Below, one piece after another: positions 17,924 through 27,662 of a stretch of DNA of 64,000 nt; within the stretch, counting starts at the first letter, position 1, and every line of letters begins with the position of its first letter. The notes below the pieces were generated by a model that saw only the letters and a program-made list of their open reading frames with translations, searched no databases and was not told the origin of the DNA. The stretch is from Thermomicrobiales bacterium (GTDB lineage Bacteria; Chloroflexota; Chloroflexia; Thermomicrobiales; UBA6265), in assembly GCA_030447415.1 (NCBI GenBank), contig JAUJOZ010000010.1, forward strand, positions 54,100-118,099, read 5' to 3'. Both the position numbers and the translations under genes were made by a program.

Positions 17924-18928
17924 ATGACCCGTTACGTTTTACGCCGTTTGGTGCTGCTGGTGCCGGTGCTCCTCGGCATCATGACGGCGGTCTTCCTGCT
18001 GTTCCAGCTGATCCCCGGCGATCCCGCTATTGCGCTCGCCGGGGACAAAGGAAGCGCCGAGCAGATTGCCCGGATTCGCAAGGAGTTCGGCCTGGACCGG
18101 CCCCTCCCGGTCCAATACGCCTACTTTCTCAAGGCCGCCTTCACGCTCGATTTTGGCGACTCGCTGCGGACGCACCAGCCGGTCGCCGGCGAACTGCGCC
18201 AGTTCTTCGGCGCCACCATGGAGTTGAGCCTCGCGGCGCTGCTGATCGCCGTGGCCGTCGGCGTGCCGATCGGCGTCGTCGCCGCCACCCGGCGGGGGAC
18301 GGCGCTCGATTACGGCTCGATGCTGCTGGCGCTGGTCGGCATCAGCACACCGGTCTTCTGGGCGGGAATCGTGCTCCTCTACCTGGTCAGCTTCCGGCTC
18401 GGCTGGTTCCCGATCGGCGGCATCATGAACAGCCGGATCGAGCTGCGCCACATCACCTACGGCTACGTCACCGACAGCCTGCTCACCGGGAATTGGACGG
18501 CGCTGCGCTCCAGCCTGCACCACCTCCTGCTGCCGGCTTTCGTCCTGTCGACGATCCCGATGGCGATCATCGCCCGGATGACGCGCTCCTCGATGCTGGA
18601 GGTGCTCGGTCACGACTACCTGCGGACGGCGCGGGCCAAGGGCGTGACAGAGCGCTTGGTTATCACGCGCCACGCCTTGAAGAACGCGCTGATCCCGGTC
18701 GTCACCGTCATTGGTCTCCAGTTCGGCGGGCTCCTGTCGGGGGCGTTCCTGACCGAAACGGTCTTCGGCCGCCCCGGCATCGGTCGCTACGTCGTGACCG
18801 CGATCGGCGCCCGCGACTACCCGGCGGTCCAAGGGACGGTGCTCGTGGTGGCCGTCCTCTTCGTGGTGATCAACCTCGCGGTGGATCTCGTCTATGCCGT
18901 CCTCGACCCACGGATACACTACGAGTGA
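17924..18928 (+). CDS. ABC transporter permease (DppB/OppB type)
   Basis: 334 aa. N-terminal MTRYVLRRLVLLVPVLLGI..., typical loop YLRTARAKGVTERLVITRHALKNALIPVVT. Confidence 0.92.
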   Translation: MTRYVLRRLVLLVPVLLGIMTAVFLLFQLIPGDPAIALAGDKGSAEQIARIRKEFGLDRPLPVQYAYFLKAAFTLDFGDSLRTHQPVAGELRQFFGATMELSLAALLIAVAVGVPIGVVAATRRGTALDYGSMLLALVGISTPVFWAGIVLLYLVSFRLGWFPIGGIMNSRIELRHITYGYVTDSLLTGNWTALRSSLHHLLLPAFVLSTIPMAIIARMTRSSMLEVLGHDYLRTARAKGVTERLVITRHALKNALIPVVTVIGLQFGGLLSGAFLTETVFGRPGIGRYVVTAIGARDYPAVQGTVLVVAVLFVVINLAVDLVYAVLDPRIHYE

Positions 18929-18976
18929 TGAGTGCGGAATGCCGAATCCCGAGCGATCAGGACCGAGGGCTGAGAC

Positions 18977-19930
18977 TTGGCGGTTGACGTCGACGCCACC
19001 GTAAGTGCGGCTCCGGCGGCCAGCGGGACGTCCCTCGGCGACGGGCGGACGCTTGGTGGGGAGCTGGCACGTGGACGGGTGGGCCGCGGACCGAGCAGCC
19101 TCTGGCGTGACGCCGCTCGGCGGTTGCGACGGGACAAGGCAGCCCTTGCCGGCTTGGCGGTCGTCGCGTTGCTCCTCCTGATCGCGCTCTTCGCGCCGGT
19201 GCTGGCGCCGCACCCGCCGAACGATCAGTCGTTCCGGATCAAGCTCCAGGCGCCGAGCGCCGGGCACATCTTCGGCACCGACGAGTTCGGGCGTGATATC
19301 TTCAGTCGGGTCCTTTACGGCAGCCGGATCGCGCTCCGGGTCGGGCTGCTGCCGGTCGTGATCGCCCTCGTCTTCGGCGTCAGCCTCGGTCTCGTCGCCG
19401 GCTACTACGGTGGGATGGTCGATCAGGTCGTGATGCGGCTGATCGACGTGCTGCTTGCCTTTCCCTGGCTGCTGCTGGCGATCGGGATCATGGCGATCCT
19501 GGGACCGGGGATCAACAACGTGATCGTCGCCGTCGCCATCGTCTACGTGCCGGCCTTCGCCCGCATCGTGCGCGGCTCGGTGCTGTCGATCAAGGCGAAG
19601 GAGTACGTTGAGGCGGCGCGCGCCATCGGCCAACCGGATGCCCGGATCATGACCCGCCACGTCCTCGCCAACGCCTGGGCGCCGATCATCGTTCAAGCGA
19701 CGCTCTCGATCGGTCAAGCGATCATCTACGCCGCGGGCTTGAGTTTCATCGGTCTCGGCACGCAGCCGCCAGGCTCCGACTGGGGGGTAATGCTCGCCTC
19801 GGGTCGCGAGTACCTGCGCGACGGGCCGTGGCTGGGGATCTTCCCGGGTCTCGCCATCCTCGTTACCGTGCTCGCGTTCAACATGTTCGGTGACGGTCTG
19901 CGGGACGCGCTCGACCCGCGCTTGCGGTAG
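18977..19930 (+). CDS. ABC transporter permease (DppC/OppC type)
   Basis: 317 aa with HIFGTDEFGRDIFSRVLYG and EYVEAARAIGQPDARIMTRHVLAN. Non-ATG start in the ORF track. Confidence 0.9.
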   Translation: MAVDVDATVSAAPAASGTSLGDGRTLGGELARGRVGRGPSSLWRDAARRLRRDKAALAGLAVVALLLLIALFAPVLAPHPPNDQSFRIKLQAPSAGHIFGTDEFGRDIFSRVLYGSRIALRVGLLPVVIALVFGVSLGLVAGYYGGMVDQVVMRLIDVLLAFPWLLLAIGIMAILGPGINNVIVAVAIVYVPAFARIVRGSVLSIKAKEYVEAARAIGQPDARIMTRHVLANAWAPIIVQATLSIGQAIIYAAGLSFIGLGTQPPGSDWGVMLASGREYLRDGPWLGIFPGLAILVTVLAFNMFGDGLRDALDPRLR

Positions 19931-20088
19931 CAGCGCGGCACGGCGTTCCCGCCGGGTCGGCCGGAACAAGCCGCGGGGTGCCGTGCGTCACTCCCCCACG
20001 GGTGCACCGCCGCCCATACCGGGCACCGCCAACTACGCCGTCCGTTCGTCGTGGCGCCACTCGTCGCGCCGTCGTCAGAGAGAGGCCG

Positions 20089-21099
20089 ATGGACACAGAA
20101 CCGACATACCAGAGGGACGACGCGGACGCTCTCGACCGGATCGAGTTGCCCGCGCCCGGCACCGTGCGGCGGGGGATGCTGCGCTTCTCCCACCCGATGC
20201 TCGCCGATTGGGCCTGGCCCTACACGGTGGTTCGGGGTGCTGTCGACGGTCCGCGCCTCGCGCTCATGTCTGGGGTACACCCGGCCGAGTATCCCGCCAT
20301 CGAGGCCAACATCCGGTTCACCCGTCGCCTCGATCCCGGCCGTTTGCGCGGTAGCCTCGTGTCGCTGCCAATCGTCGACGTGCCGGCCTTCCTGTCCCGC
20401 ACTCCCTTCGTCTGCCCGCTCGACAACAAGAATCCCAACCGCGGCTTCCCGGGCGACCCGGACGGGACCTTCTCCGACGTGATGGACGACGCCATCTTCC
20501 GAGCCGTCATCGCCCCCGCCGACCACCTGATCGACCTCCACGGCGGGGACCTGGTTGAGGCGCTGGTGCCGTTCACTATCTACTCCGTGACGGGAAACGA
20601 GGCGATCGACACGGTGTCGGCCGCGATGGCCCGAGTGTTCGGGTTGCCGTACGTTGTTCCCATCCGGCCACAGCCGGGCGCGATCGGGGGTACCTCTGTC
20701 CAGGCGGCGGCGGCGGTCGGGATCCCGGCCATCACCCCCGAGGCGGGCGGCAACGGCCTGCTCACCGAGCCGGAAACGGGGATGATGCTTGACGGGGTGT
20801 CCAATGTGCTCCGCCATCTCGGCATGCTCGACGGCGCCGTGAGCGAGACGGCCACACCCATCGAGATCGACCGTTTCACATGGCTCACCTCTCCGCACGA
20901 GGGGATGTGGTATCCGACGGTCGGGGTCGGCGAGGCGGTCGGGCCGGGGCAGGTCGTCGGGCGCGTTGCCAACCTGTTTGGCGACACCCTGGCCGAGATC
21001 ACCGCACCGGGCGGAGGTGACGTCCTCTTCCTGACGAGCAGCCCAGCAATGCGGGAGGGCGGCATCCTGCTCGGTCTCGGAGAACGGCCCGGCTCCTAG
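20089..21099 (+). CDS. succinylglutamate desuccinylase/aspartoacylase (AstE/AspA, M14-like) family deacylase
   Basis: ATG 20089 after AGAGAGAGG. Contains SGVHPAEY, NRGFPGDPDGT, LIDLHGGD and a C-terminal beta domain. Family assigned by motif pattern only. Confidence 0.8.
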   Translation: MDTEPTYQRDDADALDRIELPAPGTVRRGMLRFSHPMLADWAWPYTVVRGAVDGPRLALMSGVHPAEYPAIEANIRFTRRLDPGRLRGSLVSLPIVDVPAFLSRTPFVCPLDNKNPNRGFPGDPDGTFSDVMDDAIFRAVIAPADHLIDLHGGDLVEALVPFTIYSVTGNEAIDTVSAAMARVFGLPYVVPIRPQPGAIGGTSVQAAAAVGIPAITPEAGGNGLLTEPETGMMLDGVSNVLRHLGMLDGAVSETATPIEIDRFTWLTSPHEGMWYPTVGVGEAVGPGQVVGRVANLFGDTLAEITAPGGGDVLFLTSSPAMREGGILLGLGERPGS

Positions 21100-21579
21100 C
21101 ACTTTGACCCAGGAAGGCTGCGGATTCAGGGAACGACCGACTCGGACATCTGTCCCTTGGGGCGGCGGCCCCATCACGCCAACCTCGCAGGCGCCGCGCG
21201 CTAAAGGTCAGGCGACGGGTCGGCACGGGCAGCCGGATTCGGGCAGAAACCGCTCCGGGCTGCCGTCCGGTCACCTCGGGTGGTGCCGCCCCCGGCGAAT
21301 CAGCGGCCGCAACCGAGAACGCGACGCGCGCACGGACTGACACCCAATCGGCATCTCGTCCCCGCCATGAGCAACCTTCTCTTGCCAAGTCCTCCGAAGA
21401 TGGCACCTATTCCTTGTGACCAATCCAGATGTCCGAACCAATGCCCATAACTGGTGCCCAAGGTTGGGTAGCAGGTCAGATCGGCCTGATTCCTCCCGCT
21501 GGGTTGGCATGAGCGGTCCCGTCGATTTCAGCCAAACTTGCACGCTGATAGGCTTGGGACAGGACAGAAGCGAGGAGCA

Positions 21580-22524
21580 ATGATATCCGCAATGACGAAC
21601 AACACCCGGCACCTTACCGTGAAGACCGAATTTGAAGGCCGGACGCTTGAGTTCGACTTCCCATCGTTCCAGATAGGCGTTGCGGAGTACGAGGAGGGTC
21701 CGACTGGCTGCACCGTGTTCACCTTCCCGGAAGGGGCGAGCACCGCCATCGACGCGCGCGGCGGCCAGGTGGGCAAGACTGGCGATTACGAATGGAACCA
21801 TGCCATATGCCTGGCGGGCGGCTCGCTGCCAGGCCTGGAGGCAACCGGGGGCGTATCCGCCGAGCTGTGGGATCGGCACGACCGCTCGCTTGAAGATATG
21901 CCGCTTGTCTCTGGTGCGATCATCTTCGACTACGGTTGGCGCGATAACCGGATATATCCCGACCTCGCGCTCGGCCGTGCCGCACTGCGGGCCGCTCGAC
22001 CCGGCGTATTCCCCTTGGGGACGCGAGGAGCCGGACGGTCCGCTGGCTGCGGCAGTGTGCTCGACTCCGGACGCGGCGAGCCGTCGGGGCAGGGGGGTGC
22101 TTTCCAACAGGTAGGGCCGACAAAGATCGCAGCGTTCTGCGTCGTGAATGCACTCGGCGTGGTCCTGGGCCGCGATGGGCACGTCGTCAGGGGCAACAAG
22201 GACCCGGAGACCGGCGTGCGGGAGCATCCACTCGCGAGCCTGGCGCGGCGACTCGGGACGGGGGAGTCGACCGATCTTCCGGCGGGGAACACCACGCTCA
22301 CCGTGGTGATCACGAATCGCAAGCTGAGCCGTCGGGAGCTCACCCAGTTCGCCATGCAGGTGCATTCGTCGATGGCCCGCATGATCTATCCCTTCCACAC
22401 ACTCATGGACGGCGACGTGCTCTATGCCGTCACCACGGACGAGGTGGACCACCCAGAGCTCAGCGTGGCAGCGCTCGGGATGCTCGCGTCTGAGCTCGTC
22501 TGGGACGCCGGGCTCAGCATCTAA
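21580..22524 (+). CDS. peptidase family S58/P1 (DmpA / beta-aminopeptidase-like, Ntn self-processing)
   Basis: EGPTGCTVFTF, ICLAGGS, AGNTTLTVVITN (nucleophile region), DGDVLYAVTT. Start is ATG 21580 or 21592. Confidence 0.85.
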   Translation: MISAMTNNTRHLTVKTEFEGRTLEFDFPSFQIGVAEYEEGPTGCTVFTFPEGASTAIDARGGQVGKTGDYEWNHAICLAGGSLPGLEATGGVSAELWDRHDRSLEDMPLVSGAIIFDYGWRDNRIYPDLALGRAALRAARPGVFPLGTRGAGRSAGCGSVLDSGRGEPSGQGGAFQQVGPTKIAAFCVVNALGVVLGRDGHVVRGNKDPETGVREHPLASLARRLGTGESTDLPAGNTTLTVVITNRKLSRRELTQFAMQVHSSMARMIYPFHTLMDGDVLYAVTTDEVDHPELSVAALGMLASELVWDAGLSI

Positions 22525-22649
22525 GTACACATCGCGCCCGGAGAGGATTGCGGCCCATAGAGCGAAAAGAAGCGATAAGAGCCAGCAGGACCATCACAGG
22601 TCCAATCTCAGCCGGCTGAAGATGCCAAGAGGGGGTGTAGCCGCCTTGG

Positions 22650-22845
22650 GCGATGACTCGTTGCATCGAGCCAGTTGCTGAAAACGGGCCTCGTCAGGGG
22701 TCCGACCGGCCGCCGTTCTATAGGCGACTGGTCGCCGCGGGCAAGCCGAAGACGGTAGCGCGTGCGCCCGCAGCTGGTCGTCCTCAATTCGATACCCAGA
22801 CACGGGACGTGTTGGCAGAAGCATGCCCCCATGGCCTCGCGATGA
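22650..22845 (+). pseudogene. IS110-family transposase C-terminal remnant
   Basis: ...PPFYRRLVAAGKPKTVA continues after a frame change as ...RKLVVILNSIPRHGTCWQKHAP, the IS110-type C-terminal signature FYxRLxxxGKxxKVAL..MRKLL.ILN. No N-terminal part was found. Confidence 0.5.
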
Positions 22846-23441
22846 CGGTGCCGTCCCTCTCCGGCCTCTCATCCAGCTGACAATGGGGATGCTATCGAAG
22901 TACAGCGCCGGATTTACCCATGCTGCACGCGGAGGGTGCGCGTGAACGAGCGCCGGGGCGCGGGGCCGCCAGTCAGTCGTTCTGCGCCTCCCTAAGCCTG
23001 GGAGACGCGAGCGACCCGGGTGCGCCGCCACGGCCGCGTGATTGGGACACTATCGCTCGGTGCGTCCCGCGTCACCGGCCGCGCCCGGAACGTAACGCGT
23101 GCTGGGTGGGAGATCAGCGTGCTCGCCTCGGCCAGCGCCACAGGGTCGGCCCGTGGCAGACGCTGAGCCGTCCTTGCCCGACTCGGCCTACCGATGCCCG
23201 ATGCGGCGCCCGATCCCTTTGGTCCGGCAAGGCCTAACGCTCGCAGTGGTTGTCGATCAACGGCAGGTCGGCAGAGTCGAACCTACGGAGGTCCTCTGAC
23301 AGGTAAGGGGTGCATCTACGGCGATCCGGGTCGTCTTCACCCCTGGTTCCTTCTCCCAAACGAGAGGGAGTCGGGTAGAGTCTTGCCGGGGGCGAGAATG
23401 ACGAAAGACTGGCGGGGGCGCGGTATTTAGGAGATGAGGGC

Positions 23442-24188
23442 ATGGGTAGGCTCGACGGGAAGGTGGCGTTCGTCACGGGGGCGAGCCGGGGGATCGGGCG
23501 GGCGATCGCGCTCGCGTGTGCGCGGGAGGGGGCTGATGTCGCCGGCACCTACCACCCGTCGGAGGCGAAGCCGGACGCCATCCTCCATGAGATCGAGGCG
23601 TTCAGCCGGCACGCCCTGCTTCTGCCGCTCGACGTAGCCGACGAGGGGCCGGTCGCCGGCGCGGTGGACGCGATCCTCGCGCGGTTCGGGCGGATCGACG
23701 TGCTGGTGACAAACGCCGGGTACGGGGAGGAGACGCCAGTCGAGGCGATGACGGCCGCGCAATGGGACCGGATGATCGCCGTCCACCTACGCGGCACCTT
23801 CCTCTGCGTGCGGCACGTCCTGCCGGGGATGCTCGAGCGCCGGTCCGGGACGATCGTCACGATGGCCTCGCAGCTCGCCTACCTCGGCGCGCCGGGGTTA
23901 GCTCACTACGCGGCGGCCAAGGGCGGGATCGTCAGCTTCACCCGCAGCCTGGCACGAGAGGTTAGCCGGCGGGGCGTGCGGGTCAACGGCATCGCGCCGG
24001 GACCGATTCAGACCGGTTTTCTCCCGAGCACGCCCGAGGAGGACAGGGCGCTGGCCGACAGACTCCCAATCGGGCGCCTTGGCACGCCCGATGAGGTGGC
24101 GCCGACGGCGGTCTTCCTCGCCTCCGACGACGCCTCTTACTACGTCGGCCAGATCCTCGGACCGAACGGCGGCGACGTGATGCCGTAA
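23442..24188 (+). CDS. SDR family oxidoreductase (FabG-like)
   Basis: TGASRGIGRAIA, NAG, and YAAAKGG catalytic Y-x3-K. 248 aa. Confidence 0.93.
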   Translation: MGRLDGKVAFVTGASRGIGRAIALACAREGADVAGTYHPSEAKPDAILHEIEAFSRHALLLPLDVADEGPVAGAVDAILARFGRIDVLVTNAGYGEETPVEAMTAAQWDRMIAVHLRGTFLCVRHVLPGMLERRSGTIVTMASQLAYLGAPGLAHYAAAKGGIVSFTRSLAREVSRRGVRVNGIAPGPIQTGFLPSTPEEDRALADRLPIGRLGTPDEVAPTAVFLASDDASYYVGQILGPNGGDVMP

Positions 24189-24323
24189 CGGCAGGCGGCA
24201 GGCCCATTGAAGGCGTGGGGGGAGCCCGGTCTCGACACGGACCCACGCCGTTGACAGGCACGCGCGGCCGTGGCTAGCATCCCCCAACCTGGACGCGGCA
24301 TGAGAGCGAAGGGGGAGCGGGCG

Positions 24324-25310
24324 ATGGCGGGCGGGGGCGAGGGCATCCGCGAGATCCAGCAGCCGGGGGAGTACCAGTACACCTTCGGTCCGTACGCCGA
24401 GCCGATCGCCCGGGTGCGGCGCGGCGAGACGGTCGTCGTCCACACGGTGGACGCCTTTGGCGACAAGCTGACGAGCGAGGACCAGGCGCCGACCTCGGTC
24501 CTCGGTCCCTACCTCAACCCGCAGACCGGACCGATCTACGTCGAGGGCGCGGAGCCGGGCGACACGCTGGTCGTCACGATCGAGGCGATCGAGCCGGCCC
24601 GCGACTGGGCCGTCTCCTGCCTCGTCCCCTACTTCGGTGGTCTAACCTCGACCCGCTTCACGGCCACCCTCCAGCCGCCCCTCGAGGAGCGCGTTTGGGT
24701 GTACCAGCGGACGCCGTCCGGCGGCTTCGCCTGGCGCGACCAATGGGAGATCCCGTGGGCGCCCTTCTTCGGCACGATCGGCACGGCGCCGCACATCGAA
24801 GCGATCGCTTCGCTCGCCCCCGGTGCCCACGGCGGCAACATGGACGTGCCGGACGTGACGGTCGGCAACACCCTCTACTTCCCGGTCCACCACCCCGGTG
24901 CCCTCTTCTACACGGGCGATGCCCACGCGGCCCAGGGGCAGGGAGAGCTGTGCGGCGTCGCGCTGGAGATCGCCGCCCGCGGCACCTTCACGTTCGACAT
25001 CATCAAGGGGCGGGCAATCGAGTGGCCGCGGATCGAGTCGCCGGACGCGATCATGACGGTCGGCAGCGCCCGCCCGATGGAAGACGCGGCGCGGATCGCC
25101 TACAGCGAGCTGGTCCTCTGGCTGGAAAAGGACTACGGCTTCGACCGCCTCGACGCCTATCAGCTCCTGTCCCAGGCCGGCGGTCTCTATGTCGGCAACA
25201 TGGTCGATCCGAACTACTCGCTCGTCGCCAAGTGCCCGAAACGCTACCTGGAGGGCCGACAGCGCCCAACGCCGGGCGAGCCGCCGACGCCGCCCGAGGT
25301 GGCGGTGTAA
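24324..25310 (+). CDS. acetamidase/formamidase family protein
   Basis: ATG 24324 lies 6 nt after GGGGGAG. Contains GETVVVHTVDAFG, PQTGPIYVEGAEPGDTLVV, GGNMDVPDV and YTGDAHAAQGQGELCG. Confidence 0.85.
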   Translation: MAGGGEGIREIQQPGEYQYTFGPYAEPIARVRRGETVVVHTVDAFGDKLTSEDQAPTSVLGPYLNPQTGPIYVEGAEPGDTLVVTIEAIEPARDWAVSCLVPYFGGLTSTRFTATLQPPLEERVWVYQRTPSGGFAWRDQWEIPWAPFFGTIGTAPHIEAIASLAPGAHGGNMDVPDVTVGNTLYFPVHHPGALFYTGDAHAAQGQGELCGVALEIAARGTFTFDIIKGRAIEWPRIESPDAIMTVGSARPMEDAARIAYSELVLWLEKDYGFDRLDAYQLLSQAGGLYVGNMVDPNYSLVAKCPKRYLEGRQRPTPGEPPTPPEVAV

Positions 25311-25695
25311 CCGGCGACGCATGGACGTTCCCTTGCCGCCGGATGCAGGAGGGGAACACGAGGGCAGGCCGCAGCCGCAGGGCTGGGCCACCGGGTTCGC
25401 CCTTCGATGTTGCCTAGCTGGATGCGCGACGACCCATGCGCCGGGCTGTGCGCGGGCGTCAAGCGACCGTCCCACCCGACCCGCGTGTGTCGTGTGCCGT
25501 GGCTTGACGGAGTGCCGGGGGTGGCCTAGGATCGGGGCCGGCGGTTCCCACGCCAAACCCCCGCTCCGGCGCTCACGCCGCCGGCCCGTGGGGGCAAAGG
25601 GGCTCTGCCTCGGGAGTGTTCCTGGTCGTTCTCCCCCGGGCTGGCGGTCCCGGGAGCGTGGGTCCCGCGATGGCCGGCCGGTGAGGGAACCGACC

Positions 25696-26418
25696 ATGAC
25701 CAGGGACAAGGCCCAGAAGCGGGCGATCCGCGCCCGCATGGCGAAGACCGGCGAGCGCTACACCACCGTCCGCCACTACCACCTCGATCACCACCTGCTC
25801 CGGTCAACCGAGACGCCTCCCGACCCCGAACCCCGGCCGGCGGAGCTACCGGCCCGCGTGGCCGAGCCCGGCATGGGCGACGACGCGGTGCGGCGCGGGA
25901 CGGGGAAGACGTGGGACGAATGGTTCGTCCTCCTCGACGCGTGGCGCGCCACGGAGCGGTCCCATCCCGAGATTGCGCGGCATCTCACGGAGGAACACGG
26001 GCTCCGCGGTTGGTGGGCGCAGAGCGTGACGGTCGGCTATGAGCGGGCGCGCGGGATGCGCGCCGTCCACGAGCTGTCAGACGGCTTCTCGGTCAATGCG
26101 AGCAAGACGTTCCCGGTGCCGGTGGAGCGGCTCTTCGTCGCGTTCGACGACGACGCCACCCGCGACCTCTGGCTTGAGCCGGGTGTCCTTCGGCTGCGAA
26201 CCTCGCAACCGAACCGTTCCGCGCGCTTCGACGTGCTCGTGAACGGGACCCGGCTGGAGGTGAACTTCACCGCCAAGGGTGAGTCGAAGGCGACCGCCGC
26301 GCTCCAGCACGTCAGGCTGCCGGCCACGGAGGACATCGAAACGTGGCGCGCCTTCTGGAAGGAGCGGCTCAACCGGCTCGCGGCGGAGTTGACCCGCCCC
26401 AACGGGGACAGCCTCTAG
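25696..26418 (+). CDS. hypothetical protein; N-terminal KTWDEWF...WWAQSVTVGYERARG domain plus C-terminal SRPBCC/Aha1-like region (tentative)
   Basis: ATG 25696 after GAGGGAA. High GC3. The longer ORF from 25189 has an improbable Arg/Pro-rich N-terminus. The stop TAG (26416-26418) abuts the IS630 end. Confidence 0.7.
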   Translation: MTRDKAQKRAIRARMAKTGERYTTVRHYHLDHHLLRSTETPPDPEPRPAELPARVAEPGMGDDAVRRGTGKTWDEWFVLLDAWRATERSHPEIARHLTEEHGLRGWWAQSVTVGYERARGMRAVHELSDGFSVNASKTFPVPVERLFVAFDDDATRDLWLEPGVLRLRTSQPNRSARFDVLVNGTRLEVNFTAKGESKATAALQHVRLPATEDIETWRAFWKERLNRLAAELTRPNGDSL

Positions 26419-26431
26419 TGGAGTGTCAGCC
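26418..26431. repeat. IS630 left terminal inverted repeat
   Basis: Perfect inverse of 27657-27670. Confidence 0.9.
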
Positions 26432-26503
26432 GTGATTTGCTGGCGGCAGGGCGTGTGCGGTGCGTGGGCATTGGCCCCGCCGCCTTGCTCCGGAGGCCCC
26501 GCC

Positions 26504-27662
26504 ATGGCGTACCCGTACCGCGTCGTCCTCTCCGAGGCACAGCGCGCCGAGCTGCGCGGCCTCGTCGGGAGCGGGACCGCGCCCGCCCGGACGCTGACCC
26601 GCGCCCGCATCCTGCTCAAGGCCGACCACGGCGACGGCGGCCCGGGGTGGTCCGACGCCGCCATCGCCGGGGCGCTGGACGTCAACCCGAGCACCGTGCT
26701 GCGCGTGCGCCGCCAATTCGTCGCCGAAGGGCTGGCGGCGGCGCTGCAGCGGCGACGGCCGGACCGCGTGTACGAGCGGCGGCTGGACGGCGCGCAGGAG
26801 GCGCACCTCGTCGCGCTGGCCTGCTCCGCGCCCCGGACGGCCAGGCGCGCTGGAGCCTGCGCCTGCTGGCCGACGAGCTGGTGCGCCTGCTGGCCGACGA
26901 GCTGGTGCGCCTGGAGGTGGTGGAGGCCGTCTCCCACGAGACGGTGCGCCAGACGCTCAAAAAAACGCGCTCAAGCCGCACCTGAGCGAGCAGTGGTGCC
27001 TGGCCCCGACCGCCGACCCCGACTTCGTCTGGCGCATGGAGGACGTGCTGGCGGTCTACGCGCGCCCCTTCGACCCGGCCCGCCCGGTCGTGTGCCTCGA
27101 CGAGACCAGCCGGCAGCTGCTCGGGGAGGTCCGGCCCCCGCTGCCCGCGGCGCCGGGCCGCCCCGCCCGCCACGACCCGGAGTACGCCCGCGGCGGGGTC
27201 GTCAACCTCTTCGTGGCGACGGAGCCGCTCCGGGGCTGGCGCACGGTCCTGGTCAGCGACCAGCGGACGCGGCTCGACCTCGCCCGCTGCATGGCGGAGC
27301 TCGTCGACGTCCACTACCCCGCCGCCGAGAAGATCGTCCTCGTGCTGGACCAGCTCAACACCCACTCGCCCGCCTCGCTCTACGCCGCCTTCTCGCCGGC
27401 CGAGGCCAAGCGCCTCGCCGACAAGCTGGAGCTGCACCACACCCCCAAGCACGGCAGCTGGCTCAACATGGCCGAGCTCGAGCTGAGCGTGCTCGAGCGG
27501 CAGTGCCTCCGGCAGAGGTTGCCCGACCGCGACGCCATGACCGCGGCCACGCGGGCCTGGGCCGAGCGCCGCAACGCCAGCGTCCAGCGGATCGACTGGC
27601 AGTTCACCACGGCCGACGCCCGCACCAAGCTGCGCCGCCTCTACCCGGCGTTTGCGGGCTGA
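26504..27662 (+). pseudogene. IS630-family transposase split over three frames
   Basis: Frame A carries MAYPYRVVLSEAQRAELRGL...LVALACSAP. Frame B carries PDGQARWSLRLLADELVR(x2)LEVVEAVSHETVRQTLKK. Frame C carries NALKPHLSEQWC...VCLDETS...LVLDQLNTHSP...HHTPKHGSWLNMAELE. The breaks lie at C4 (26831-34) and A7 (26959-65). Confidence 0.85.
26860..26907 (+). repeat. perfect 24-bp tandem duplication inside the IS630 transposase
   Basis: cgcctgctggccgacgagctggtg occurs twice back to back, with the first 7 nt a third time. This duplicates the peptide RLLADELV in frame. Confidence 0.9.

Noticed and set aside
17939-19969. 676-aa minus-strand ORF
   Set aside because: It is antisense to the two ABC permease genes. 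The product is Arg/Asp/Gly/Pro-rich nonsense, a typical high-GC shadow ORF.
21271-22530. 419-aa minus-strand ORF
   Set aside because: It is antisense to the S58 peptidase gene and continues into non-coding sequence. No protein-like features.
23263-23300. tRNA-like fragment (GGCAGAGTCGAACCTACGG)
   Set aside because: The TCGAAC core is not flanked by complementary stem arms, and no acceptor or anticodon arms can be folded.
24642-25739. 365-aa minus-strand ORF and the 409-aa plus ORF from 25189
   Set aside because: The first is antisense to the acetamidase gene. The second is an improbable Arg/Pro-rich extension of the gene that really starts at ATG 25696.
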